Shown here piece after piece: positions 18,782 to 28,062 of a stretch of DNA of 32,000 bases. The stretch spans positions 2,400,001-2,432,000 of the forward strand of contig NZ_CP074694.1 of NCBI RefSeq assembly GCF_018398935.1. The letters are read 5' to 3'. Source of the stretch: Telmatocola sphagniphila (lineage in GTDB: Bacteria > Planctomycetota > Planctomycetia > Gemmatales > Gemmataceae). Positions within the stretch are counted from its first letter, which is position 1. Each line of letters starts with the position of its first letter. The translations under genes were made by a program, and so were the position numbers. The notes under the pieces are model-generated. The model saw nothing but the letters and a program-made list of their open reading frames with translations, was not told where the DNA came from and did no database searches.

Positions 18782-19545
18782 GAACCACGGTTTCTTAGAT
18801 TTCGATTACAAAAAGGCCGGTAAGAGAATTGACTTCGGCGAGGATGTGCTCGGCGGATCTTTCCGCGAACACCATGGGAACTGGCAGCAAGATTCAACTC
18901 GCGGCCTTCTCGTCGAAAAAAACAAAGATCACCCCGTCCTCAAGGGGGTCCAGGATATCTGGGGACTCACCGATGTGTACCGCACCTACAAAGTGGGTGG
19001 CAGCCTACCCGCCGATTGCACTCCTTTGGTGGATGGGCAACCTCTACTGGGCCGAAAACCGGACGATGCGATTAATCCAAAGTTGATCCCGCTGCCCGTC
19101 GCCTGGGTCAGAACCTGGACCGGAAATACCGGGAAAACGGCCCGAGTATTTCATACGACCATGGGAAGCGCAGAAGATTATCGAAATCCAGGGCTGCGAC
19201 GTTTAACCGTGAATGCGGTTTACTGGTGCTTGAACAGGGAGAAACAAATCGATCCCACTTCGAGCGTCGATCCCGTCGGCAAGTACGAACCTTTGCCGAG
19301 CGGTTTTGACTACGCGAAGTTGAAAGTCGTGCCGCACCCGCCGAGCTTTTACAAATAGCTTCCTTCTCGACGGATACCGGCTCTATTTCGGGAAACGAGC
19401 TTACCTAGCTTCGATTGAGGAATCCGGAATGGACTTGTCTTGCATTCTTTAAGATATTCAGACTCATTGGCCCCCTAGACGATTCGACTAAGAATCAACG
19501 ATCCTCGAAGAATATCGCGAATTAAATCGCCTAACAGCTTATGGC

Positions 19546-21102
19546 TCACTCGGATTTCACCTTGCGAAGAAAATAAATAACTGAGATGGCGGCGACAAGC
19601 GCCAGTGCCGCGCAGAGTACCATGCTGATACTAAAGCCATTCATAAATGCATGGCGAGAAGCGGTGAGAAGCTTCAGTTTCGCTGGTTCCGGAAGTACTC
19701 GAGCGAGTTCCGTTGCCTGGCCAAAAGTATCGCCGGCCGATTTCGCAGCATCCCCTAGACCAGAAAGATCGACTAAAGACATCGAATGGCGATAGACCGC
19801 GGTCGCGATGCTGCCGGTTATCGCAATACCCAGCGCCCCTCCCAATTCCCCCACAGTCTCGGAAATCGCAGAGGCAGCGCCGGCTCGGTCGGCCGGGGCA
19901 CTTCCAACTATGAGATCGGTTGCAAGTGTCCCGACGGGGGCACCCCCCAGGCAAAGAAGAACCATCCCGGACAAGAGCATCGCCCGCCCGTCAACTTCGC
20001 CCACCTGACTGACGATCAAAAGGCCGGTCGCACACGCCACAAAACTACCTCCGATGACGTAGCCGGGTTTAATTTTTCGGATCAATAAGGGGGCTAGAAT
20101 GGAACCAACACCTAGTGCCACTGCTAGTGGTAGCGACCACAAACCAGTTTCGAGGGGAGTCATATCGTATACCAACTGTGTGCACTGCGCCGAAAAAAGA
20201 AACGCGCTAAAGGTAATAAAGACATAGGCTATGTAACTTCCCAAAGAAGCACTGAATTCGGCAATCCGAAAGAGATCTAAGTTGATAAAGGGATCCACCA
20301 ATTTTTTCTGCCGCTGAATAAATGCATAACCAATAAAAATTCCAAGGAAAATTGCTAATAAGGAGTCCGGATGGAATCCCAATTCTGCAATTTGTTTAAC
20401 GCCAAAGATTACGGATAAGACCGCAACGATTGACAACCCCGCACTGTATAAATCCAAAGGCCCTGGACGGGGATCGCGAAACTCCGGAAGTACGAATGGC
20501 CCTACGATCAACAGAAGAATCATTATGGGGACGGCGAGCAGAAAAACGGAACCCCACCAAAAATAGGTCAGCATCAGTCCACCCACGGCCGGGCCGAGAG
20601 CCGCGCCTGCGGAAAAACTGGCCATCCAAATTCCCACTGCCAGACTTCGCTCGCGATCAGACAAAAACATGTTTCGTATAAGTGACAGGGTGGATGGTGC
20701 CAGAGTCGCCCCCGCTATGCCGAGAATTCCGCGTGCCAAGATCAGCATGGCAATGCCATTCGCGAAAGCCGCTAAAACAGAAGCAAAAGCAAAAGCGCCG
20801 GCCCCGATCATCAGCAGTCGTCGCCGTCCAATTCGGTCGCCCAGATTCCCCATCGGAATCAGGAAACCCGCCAGTAAGAACCCATATATATCGACAATCC
20901 ACAGAAGTTCCGAACTCGACGGCTGTAAATCAGCACTAATTGCGGGCAAAGCCAAGAAGAGGACGGACAGGTCCATGGAATAAAGGAGACAAGGCAATGC
21001 GATTACCGCCAAGCCAATCCACTGCCGAATCGAAGCGCGAACTGGCGAATCTCCATTTAAGGCTGCGGCCATTTGCAAGTCTTCTTCCTTGAACTCGGGC
21101 AT
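19546..21102 (-). CDS. MFS transporter, DHA2 (EmrB/QacA-like, about 14 TM segments) drug:H+ antiporter family
   Basis: 518 aa and hydrophobic throughout. Contains the MFS motif A-like GNLGDRIGRRRLLMIG and motif C-like GILGIAGATLAPSTLSLI. The length and helix count fit the 14-TMS DHA2 subfamily. Confidence 0.85.
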   Translation of the reverse strand: MPEFKEEDLQMAAALNGDSPVRASIRQWIGLAVIALPCLLYSMDLSVLFLALPAISADLQPSSSELLWIVDIYGFLLAGFLIPMGNLGDRIGRRRLLMIGAGAFAFASVLAAFANGIAMLILARGILGIAGATLAPSTLSLIRNMFLSDRERSLAVGIWMASFSAGAALGPAVGGLMLTYFWWGSVFLLAVPIMILLLIVGPFVLPEFRDPRPGPLDLYSAGLSIVAVLSVIFGVKQIAELGFHPDSLLAIFLGIFIGYAFIQRQKKLVDPFINLDLFRIAEFSASLGSYIAYVFITFSAFLFSAQCTQLVYDMTPLETGLWSLPLAVALGVGSILAPLLIRKIKPGYVIGGSFVACATGLLIVSQVGEVDGRAMLLSGMVLLCLGGAPVGTLATDLIVGSAPADRAGAASAISETVGELGGALGIAITGSIATAVYRHSMSLVDLSGLGDAAKSAGDTFGQATELARVLPEPAKLKLLTASRHAFMNGFSISMVLCAALALVAAISVIYFLRKVKSE

Positions 21103-21528
21103 TTCGCTACTACCGCTCTTTTCCGAATGGGCGAAGGTGACGCTTTCCGTTTCTCAAAGCCCGGGAGATCGATTCGACCAATATTTCCATCATTCTCGGC
21201 AATAAGTCCAAGAATACGCACTTTGTCTGGGAGTGCCTCCCGCTTAAAAAGCCTAATTGGTCTGCTTACCCATTCAAGAGGAACCAAAAATTTATCCCGG
21301 ACCGACCAGGCTTACGTAAGGCAAGAACTTGTTTTACGCACTCCGCGAAGGTTCACTTCGAAAATTCTCACATCCAGCCGAGTCCGGGCGAGACGCTTGC
21401 GAGAAGACCTCTCTCAGGGCCTCTTCGACCGCGCCTAAGAAGACTCGGCTGATCGACAAATAGCGTTCAAGGTGTATCGTGATATTAAGGAACCTACTTT
21501 TTTAGCCGCAATAAAACGGATTTCGGCA

Positions 21529-21993
21529 ATGTGGATCATTTATGTCGATGCGGATGCCTGCCCGGTGAAGGAAGAAATCTACAAAGTCGCTAAACGCTTT
21601 GAAATAAAAGTCGTGATCGCGGCAAATAATCCCATGCGGATTCCCAATCATCCCCTGGTGGAATTGGTTGAGAAAAAAGGATTCGATGGAGTCGACGATT
21701 GGATCGCTCTGATGTGCGAGACGGGGGACTTGGTCATCACGGCGGATATTCCCCTCGCCGCGAGATCCCTGGCAAAGGGGGCTCATGTATTGGATCCTCG
21801 GGGTAAACCGTTCACGGAGAGCGATATCGGTTACGCCCTGGCTTCTCGCGATCTGATGAATGAACTTCGGCAGTCGGGAGAAATCACCGGAGGTCCCGCC
21901 CCCATGACTCCCAAAGATCGATCTCGATTTCTGGCAAAACTGGATGAAACCTTGCACAAATTGAAAAAGCTTGGCACCCAGAAAAAGCCGTGA
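21529..21993 (+). CDS. yaiI: YaiI/YqxD family protein (UPF0178, DUF188)
   Basis: MWIIYVDADACPVKEEIYKVAKR...GFDGVDDWIALMCETGDLVITADIPLAARSLAKGAHVLDPRGKPFTESDIG...SRDLMNELR matches the conserved UPF0178 pattern. The ORF opens at GTG 21472, but the family N-terminus begins at ATG 21529. Confidence 0.8.
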   Translation: MWIIYVDADACPVKEEIYKVAKRFEIKVVIAANNPMRIPNHPLVELVEKKGFDGVDDWIALMCETGDLVITADIPLAARSLAKGAHVLDPRGKPFTESDIGYALASRDLMNELRQSGEITGGPAPMTPKDRSRFLAKLDETLHKLKKLGTQKKP

Positions 21994-22193
21994 CGCCTAG
22001 GCCCTCCCTGCACCTGCGACAGCGGCCAATATTTCTGAAAATGCGAACCTGCTTAGGAAAGTCTACTTGCAACCCTTTCGAGATCGGTGTACGCTAATGC
22101 AAGTGAAGGAACGGACCGAATCGAGGGATTTTGTGTCTTGTTCGGTCCCTTCACCCCCGCCAGGTACTTTTTCACTCCGATCCTTCCGCATCA

Positions 22194-25100
22194 ATGCCAA
22201 GATTATTCCACTATGTCGGTTGCTTGCTGCTGTTTTCGTTTACGCCATTAAATGATCACTTCAGTCGGGCTTCCGAGGATGATTCGTTTCAGAAAAAGGT
22301 CTTGCCTTTCCTGCAGTCTTACTGTGTGAAATGTCATAATCCCAAGACCTCCGAGGGCGAACTTGATCTCACCAAGTACACGTCCACTGCCTCGATTGCT
22401 CAGGATTTTCGGCAATGGGAACATGTCATCTCTTTCCTGAAAGACGAGAAGATGCCTCCCAAGGAGGCTAAGCAACCCGAGACCGCCGAGCGGAAGGAAT
22501 TCCTGGCGGCTCTAGAAAAGGGGTTGCTACTCGAAGCAAAAAAACTGGCGGAGGATCCGGGAGTTTCGTTGCCCCGACGACTCAGCAACGCCGAGTACAA
22601 CTATACCATTCGCGACTTGACGGGTGTCGATATCCGCCCCACTGCGTCTTTCCCCATCGATCCGGCCTCCGGTGAAGGCTTCAACAATACGGGCGAAGCG
22701 CTGGTCATGTCGCCGAATCTGTTCAAAAAGTACTATGCGGCCGCTCAACAGGTGGCCGACCATTTGCTTCTGACCACCACCGGATTCGAATTTGCCCCTT
22801 ATCCCGTCATCACTTTCGCCGATCAGCAAAAGTTCTATGAACAAGCGATCCTGCGCTTTTACGATCAACACAAAATCCAGTACGAAACTTACCTCGCCTC
22901 CGCCTGGTCGTACCGCTATCGCCCGGCGTCCCGGCGCGACGTCAGCATCGAAACCTGGGCGACGGAGCACAAATTAAGCGCGAAATATCTGGCTTCCCTC
23001 TGGAACCTGTTACAGGACGATACTTCCAACAACGTCTTCTATATCCAGTGGCTCCGTCAAACCTGGAATGCCCTCCCGGCCCCGGTTTCCGAGAAAGAGA
23101 CCGCGATACCGCCAGAGACACTGCGGCAAATTCGATCCATCGCCAGCACAATTCAGAAGCTCAGTAAGCAGCTCTGTACTGTGGAAACTCAGGCCATCAT
23201 TTCGGATGGCGGCAATGCCCCGATAGTGCACATCGATCGACGAAAAAAAATGGCGGCCGGCCGAGACAAATTCAACAGAGAAGTCTTGCAGAAACCAGCG
23301 CAGCAACTCCATTGGGAACTCAAGAAAAGCTCAGATAAATCACCATCGAAATTGATCATTTCCATTTCCGGCGAGCCTTCGGATCAGGGAGATCAATACG
23401 TCCTTCTGAATCGGTTGAATTTCAGTTCTGCTGGAGAACCGGATTACAATTCCCAGGACCTGAAACGAAATCTTTCCCTGCGGAATTTCCTGGTAAAGTA
23501 TGCACCGGATCAATTAAAAACGATGGAATTCGGCGTTCATCCGCTCGGGAATAAAGTGGATGCTGGCAGTCTGATTCTTAAAGTGCCCTCAGTCATAGAA
23601 ATTGGGATTCCTCCCGAGGCTTTAAAAGATCCATTGATCAAGAATTTCTATGCGGAAGCCAGTCTCAATGCGAAGGACTCGCAGTCCGGTTTTGCCCGAG
23701 TGAGTTTATCGAATCAAAAAAATCCTCGTGAAGATGTAACTTGCGGAGTATTTCTGATTGCCAGAGATCATCCCGCTGCCAAGGCGTTTCAGAAATCCTG
23801 TGAAACCTTCTGCCAGCTTTTTCCCAATCGCTTTTATTATGTCGATGAGACTCGCGGCCTTTCCGCGGGTTTTCACCTGATCGAAGGGTTCTTCCGGGAC
23901 GATCAGCCCCTTTACAATTCGGTCCTGAGTGAAACCGAAAAGAAGTCGTTGGATCGTTTCTGGGACGAACTCTATTTTGCCACCAAAATTACCGAGAAGA
24001 TGCTGCATGGCTTCGTCTTCTTCGAACGAGAAGAACGCGGCTTTCTCAAGCACCCCGATTTTAAATCTTTCAAAGAGGAAGATCCGGATCTGGGAAAAGA
24101 AGATAATCTGCTCCGTTTCGAACAGGTTTATCTGAAGCGTTCCAATGTTAAAGTGACCGGCGAGGAACTGGAAAAACATCCAATTCACGCTTTCTTCGAA
24201 GACATCCGCCAAGGATTGAGACGACGCGATAAGCAATTGAAGGAAGCGGAAGCCGCTTATATTCGCAACTTGCAGAATTTCGCAAAAGCGGCCTATCGTC
24301 GTCCTCTATCCGAGCAGGAGAACAAGGAACTTGTCGAGTTTTATACGTCGGTAGCCCGCCAGGCTGAATTCGGGATCGAGCAGGCCGTGCGGGCCAGCAT
24401 TACTCGCATCCTCGTTTCGCCGCATTTTTGTTATCGACTGGAGTTGCCTCCCGCTGGGAAAACCATTCAGCCCGTTTCCGATCTGATACTGGCCTCCCGT
24501 TTGAGTTATTTCCTCTGGTCTTCGATGCCAGATAAGGAATTACTCGATCTGGCTTCGAAGGGCGAACTGAATAACGAAAAAGTTTTGAAGGCTCAAGTGC
24601 GACGAATGCTTAAGGATCCCAAGGTCAGCGGCTTCGCTCAGGAGTTCTTCGGCCAGTGGTTGAAATATCGGGATTTCCTCCAAAGTGAGACCGTCAATCG
24701 GCAACTCTTTCCCGAATTCGACGATTCTTTGAAACAAGCGATGTTCGAAGAACCCACGCGATTTGCCACAGGGCTGATACAGGAAGATCTTTCCCTGCTG
24801 AACTTATTGAATGGCGATTTTACTTATGTCAACAAGCGGTTGGCCCGCCATTATGGTTTTCCCTTCCCAGGCGAAGAGGCTGTTTGGATCAAGATCAGTG
24901 GACTTACCGCGAAAGGTCGGAGCGGTTTTCTGGGCATGGCTGTGTTTCTGACGAAAAACTCCCAACCGGGCCGTACCAGTCCAGTCAAGCGCGGATACTG
25001 GACCGTGCATGAACTGATGGGCGAACATATTCCCCCGCCGCCACCGAATGTGGCCGTTCTTCCCGCGAAGGAGACCGATACCCAGGGCAAGAGCATCCGG

Positions 25101-25550
25101 GAACTGATGGCCTTGCATACGGAAAATGTAATGTGTGCCCGCTGCCATCAGCACTTCGATCCCATCGGTCTTGCGATGGAAGGCTTCGATCCTATCGGCA
25201 AGCATAGAACGAAGGACTTGGCGGGCAGGCAGGTCGACAACCTCGTTCACCTCCCTTCCGGCGAAGTTTCGCAGGGCATCCCGGAATTCGCTCGGTATCT
25301 GGCCACAAACAGGAAGAACGAATTTACCCAAACTCTATGCCGAAAGTTTCTCGGTTTCGGGTTAGGGCGATCTCTAGAATTATCGGATAAGGTGCTGCTG
25401 GAAAAACTACAGGCTCAATTGGAAGAGAACGATTACCGTTTTTCCGCACTGTTCGAATCGGTCGTCCTCAGTCCGCAATTTCGTAGTCAACGTGGTAAAG
25501 ATTATCAGCCGACTGTTTTAAAAATCCATCCTGCCGGAGAGAAGCCGTGA
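22194..25550 (+). CDS. Large planctomycete-type heme-motif protein (cytochrome c motif + DUF1587/DUF1592/DUF1595/DUF1588/DUF1585 architecture)
   Basis: Signal-like N-terminus MPRLFHYVGCLLLFSFTPL. CVKCH lies at 22323..22337 in the context FLQSYCVKCHNPKTSEGELDL. Other blocks: RRLSNAEYNYTIRDLTGVD (DUF1587-like); LVSPHFCYRLE and RLSYFLWSSMPD (DUF1592-like); GRTSPVKRGYWTVHELMGEHIPPPPPNV (DUF1588-like); CARCHQHFDPIGLAMEGFDPIG (25134..25148, DUF1585-like). Confidence 0.9.
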   Translation: MPRLFHYVGCLLLFSFTPLNDHFSRASEDDSFQKKVLPFLQSYCVKCHNPKTSEGELDLTKYTSTASIAQDFRQWEHVISFLKDEKMPPKEAKQPETAERKEFLAALEKGLLLEAKKLAEDPGVSLPRRLSNAEYNYTIRDLTGVDIRPTASFPIDPASGEGFNNTGEALVMSPNLFKKYYAAAQQVADHLLLTTTGFEFAPYPVITFADQQKFYEQAILRFYDQHKIQYETYLASAWSYRYRPASRRDVSIETWATEHKLSAKYLASLWNLLQDDTSNNVFYIQWLRQTWNALPAPVSEKETAIPPETLRQIRSIASTIQKLSKQLCTVETQAIISDGGNAPIVHIDRRKKMAAGRDKFNREVLQKPAQQLHWELKKSSDKSPSKLIISISGEPSDQGDQYVLLNRLNFSSAGEPDYNSQDLKRNLSLRNFLVKYAPDQLKTMEFGVHPLGNKVDAGSLILKVPSVIEIGIPPEALKDPLIKNFYAEASLNAKDSQSGFARVSLSNQKNPREDVTCGVFLIARDHPAAKAFQKSCETFCQLFPNRFYYVDETRGLSAGFHLIEGFFRDDQPLYNSVLSETEKKSLDRFWDELYFATKITEKMLHGFVFFEREERGFLKHPDFKSFKEEDPDLGKEDNLLRFEQVYLKRSNVKVTGEELEKHPIHAFFEDIRQGLRRRDKQLKEAEAAYIRNLQNFAKAAYRRPLSEQENKELVEFYTSVARQAEFGIEQAVRASITRILVSPHFCYRLELPPAGKTIQPVSDLILASRLSYFLWSSMPDKELLDLASKGELNNEKVLKAQVRRMLKDPKVSGFAQEFFGQWLKYRDFLQSETVNRQLFPEFDDSLKQAMFEEPTRFATGLIQEDLSLLNLLNGDFTYVNKRLARHYGFPFPGEEAVWIKISGLTAKGRSGFLGMAVFLTKNSQPGRTSPVKRGYWTVHELMGEHIPPPPPNVAVLPAKETDTQGKSIRELMALHTENVMCARCHQHFDPIGLAMEGFDPIGKHRTKDLAGRQVDNLVHLPSGEVSQGIPEFARYLATNRKNEFTQTLCRKFLGFGLGRSLELSDKVLLEKLQAQLEENDYRFSALFESVVLSPQFRSQRGKDYQPTVLKIHPAGEKP

Positions 25551-26836
25551 ATTTTCCCAAAAAGATAAACCGCCGAACCGTTCTGCAGGGGCTGGGTTGT
25601 TCGATTGCTCTTCCCTGGCTAGAGTCGACAAAACTCTTCGCGGGAGAAGATCTGGCGGCCAAGACAAAAGTACCACAGCGGTTTGCCTGCTTGTTCATGG
25701 GCGACGGTATATCGCCGCACCACTGGTGGTCTAAAGGCAACGGATCGGAGATGGAGCTCGGCTCCAGCTTGACTTCGTTGGCCCCCTTCAAGGAAAAACT
25801 GAACGTCATCAACGGCTTATTCAATCGCCATGGGGATGGCGGCCATGCCAAATGCACCGGTAACATCCTTTCCGGAGCGAATCTTCAGAAAGGTCGATTG
25901 ATCTCAGGCGGCGTCAGCATGGATCAAATGCTGTCGCAACATCTCGAAGATGCAACACCCGTTCCCAGCATGGTTCTGGGCTGCGAACAGCCAGTCAGCG
26001 GATTCCACGAGTCCAACTATTCGATGGTTTATGCCTCGCACATTTCCTGGCGTACGCCGAACTCGCCGATCCCGATTGAGTTATTTCCCGCACTCGCGTT
26101 CGATAGCCTTTTTGGCATGCAGAGCAGCAAGTTGCAAGGAAGCATATTGGATCACGCCCTCGCCCAGGCCAATGACCTGCGAGGCAAAGTCAGTAGCTCG
26201 GACCAGGTGAAGCTGGACGAGTATCTGACATCAGTCCGCGAAACAGAAAAACGAATTCAAAAACTGAAACCGCAAAGCGACTCCGCTAGCAAGTTACCAC
26301 CCGCTTCGGCACGTCCCCCGTTAGCCCAACCGAAAGATTTCAGCGAATACGCGAAGTTGATGTGTGATATTATTGCTCTGGCATTTCAAACCGACCGCAC
26401 TCGAATTGCGACCTTACTACTATCGCGTGATCTATCGGGTCAGGTTTATCCATTTTTAAATCTTCGGGATGCTCACCATAATCTATCGCACTCGAATGAA
26501 GGACCGGAATACCAATCGATCGTCAAGTTCCACGTTGAACAGTACGCGTACTTAATTGGCAAGCTGGCCAAGATGCAGGAAGGGGATCGCACCGTATTGG
26601 ATAACTCCTGCATCATGTTTGTCTCCGAACACTGGAATGCCCATAACGGCCAACAAGTTCCTCTCGTTCTGGCGGGCGGGCTGGGCGGTAAGTTGAAGAC
26701 TGGCAGATCGCTCGATTATCTTAAATCGGGCGATGACAAGAGAAAGCTTTGCAGTCTTTATCTTTCCCTCATGGACCGCATGGGCCTGGAATTGAAAGAA
26801 TTTGGAGACGCCAAAGATCGCCTTGTCGGCATTTGA
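25547..26836 (+). CDS. DUF1552 domain protein with twin-arginine-like signal
   Basis: The GTG start overlaps the upstream stop (GTGA at 25547..25550). INRRTVLQGLGCSIALPWLES is Tat-like. SILDHALAQANDLRGKVSSSDQVKLDEYLTSVRETEKRI and FQTDRTRIATLLLS are typical DUF1552 blocks. This family is the usual partner of DUF1592-type proteins. Confidence 0.9.
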   Translation: MNFPKKINRRTVLQGLGCSIALPWLESTKLFAGEDLAAKTKVPQRFACLFMGDGISPHHWWSKGNGSEMELGSSLTSLAPFKEKLNVINGLFNRHGDGGHAKCTGNILSGANLQKGRLISGGVSMDQMLSQHLEDATPVPSMVLGCEQPVSGFHESNYSMVYASHISWRTPNSPIPIELFPALAFDSLFGMQSSKLQGSILDHALAQANDLRGKVSSSDQVKLDEYLTSVRETEKRIQKLKPQSDSASKLPPASARPPLAQPKDFSEYAKLMCDIIALAFQTDRTRIATLLLSRDLSGQVYPFLNLRDAHHNLSHSNEGPEYQSIVKFHVEQYAYLIGKLAKMQEGDRTVLDNSCIMFVSEHWNAHNGQQVPLVLAGGLGGKLKTGRSLDYLKSGDDKRKLCSLYLSLMDRMGLELKEFGDAKDRLVGI

Positions 26837-26956
26837 GAACTTCCGACGACTGGCTTCGCTTCCAATCTATCAATGCGAAATGAGACTTCACGACGTTAAG
26901 TCATTGGAAAGATCTGAGCGAGGCGCTTTTTCCGTAGCAACCCGAGCAATCTCGAG

Positions 26957-26997
26957 CCACCCGGTACTATTCCAAGGATTCACGGGTGGTACTTTTT
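26957..26997 (+). terminator. Candidate rho-independent terminator
   Basis: CCACCCG (26957..26963), 19-nt loop, CGGGTGG (26983..26989), followed by TACTTTTT. It starts 121 nt after the DUF1552 stop. Confidence 0.35.
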
Positions 26998-27150
26998 GAG
27001 GTTTCTCAAGCTTCCGCGAACCCTGAGAATACAATAACGCTGAAAAACTCGTACGTGCTTTGAGCTAGGTCAGTACCCTAATTCCTGGTGAATAGGCGCA
27101 ATTCGAAGAGAAAGTGATCAACCTTTACTCCCCTAGAGGAACCCAAAACG

Positions 27151-28002
27151 ATGCGATCCATTTTTACTATCCTACTGACCGCGGCGTTCATCGCCCCGTG
27201 CACGGCGGCCGAACCGAAGCCGAACACTCGAGACGATTCCGCCTCGGAAAAACTCGGCATCAAGCTCTCTTTGCAATGCTGGACTTTCAACAAGCTGACC
27301 TTCTTCGAGACTGTCGACAAGGCCAAGGGACTCGGCATCAAATATCTCGAGATCTTTCCCGGCCAGAAGCTTAAGCCTGGTTCCGATCTCAAAATCAGTC
27401 GGACGATGAATGACGAAACGATTAAAGAAGTTAAAGCCAAACTCGAGGAAGCCGGCGGTATTAAGCTGGTGGCCTATGGTGTCGACGGCATACCCACCGA
27501 TGAAGACGGGGCCCGTAAGACCTTCGAGTGGGCGAAAAAAATGGGTCTTACAGTACTTGTCACTGAGACGGACCCGAACGATGTCATCGAAAAAATGGCC
27601 AAGGAATTCAAGATTCGCGTCGCTTTACACAACCACCCTTCTACCTGGCCGCCTGAAAAAGTGCTCAAAGCAGTATCTAAACGCGATCCCCTGCTCGGTT
27701 CTTGCTCCGACACCGGACACTGGATGAGGGCCAACCGCAAGCCGATCGATTGCCTCAAACTACTGGAAGGCCGAGTGGAACACCTTCACTTCAAGGATCT
27801 GAATGAAAATGGCAACGGGCACGATGTGCCGTGGGGAACGGGTCGCGGCGACCCGGCGGCCTCCCTGGCAGAACTGAAGCGTCAAGGCTATAAGGGCTAT
27901 CTGTCGATCGAGTACGAATACGGCAGCATCCCACAATTGGACGAGAACTTGCCTAAGTGCGTCAAATTCTTCGACAAAACCATGACGGAACTGGCAAAGT
28001 AA
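27151..28002 (+). CDS. Secreted sugar phosphate isomerase/epimerase (xylose isomerase-like TIM barrel) family protein
   Basis: Signal peptide MRSIFTILLTAAFIAPCTAA. The blocks LSLQCWTFNKLTFFETVDKAKGLGIKYLEIFPGQ, VALHNHP, GSCSDTGHW, VEHLHFKD and YLSIEYE fit the AP_endonuc_2/xylose-isomerase-like TIM barrel metal-site pattern. Confidence 0.75.
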   Translation: MRSIFTILLTAAFIAPCTAAEPKPNTRDDSASEKLGIKLSLQCWTFNKLTFFETVDKAKGLGIKYLEIFPGQKLKPGSDLKISRTMNDETIKEVKAKLEEAGGIKLVAYGVDGIPTDEDGARKTFEWAKKMGLTVLVTETDPNDVIEKMAKEFKIRVALHNHPSTWPPEKVLKAVSKRDPLLGSCSDTGHWMRANRKPIDCLKLLEGRVEHLHFKDLNENGNGHDVPWGTGRGDPAASLAELKRQGYKGYLSIEYEYGSIPQLDENLPKCVKFFDKTMTELAK

Positions 28003-28024
28003 CGGTCTCCATGTACCGCAAATT

Positions 28025-28048
28025 CTCCGGCGAGATCACTCGCCGGAG
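28025..28048. terminator. Hairpin between convergent genes (likely bidirectional terminator)
   Basis: CTCCGGCGAG / loop ATCA / CTCGCCGGAG, a perfect 10-bp GC-rich stem. It lies between the stop at 28000..28002 (+) and the stop at 28063..28065 (-). Confidence 0.5.
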
Positions 28049-28062
28049 CTGAAGTCCTAGCT

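Larger units (their letters stand above)
17034..19358 (+). pseudogene. ThuA-like (class I glutamine amidotransferase-like fold) secreted protein, disrupted by IS insertion
   Basis: GTG 17034 is preceded by GGGAG and encodes the signal peptide VRYSLLIAIILSAFHSRLHA. The 5' part runs to 17479 (…GKPIIGIRTA). The 3' part runs 18772..19358 (…NHGFLDF…VLGGSFREHHG…DHPVLKGV…PVAWVRTW…ARVFHTTMGSAEDYRNPGLRRLTVNAVYWCL). Removing 17480..18781 restores one continuous frame (GIRTA-NHGFLDF). Confidence 0.8.

Noticed and set aside
21073-21438. 121-codon plus-strand ORF in the MFS/yaiI spacer
   Set aside because: The translation is Arg/Ser-rich, overlaps the MFS start on the opposite strand, and resembles no family.
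23706-25331. Minus-strand ORFs 23706..24236 and 24804..25331 inside the DUF1592-type gene
   Set aside because: These are antisense shadow ORFs, and the plus-strand frame carries all the family motifs.
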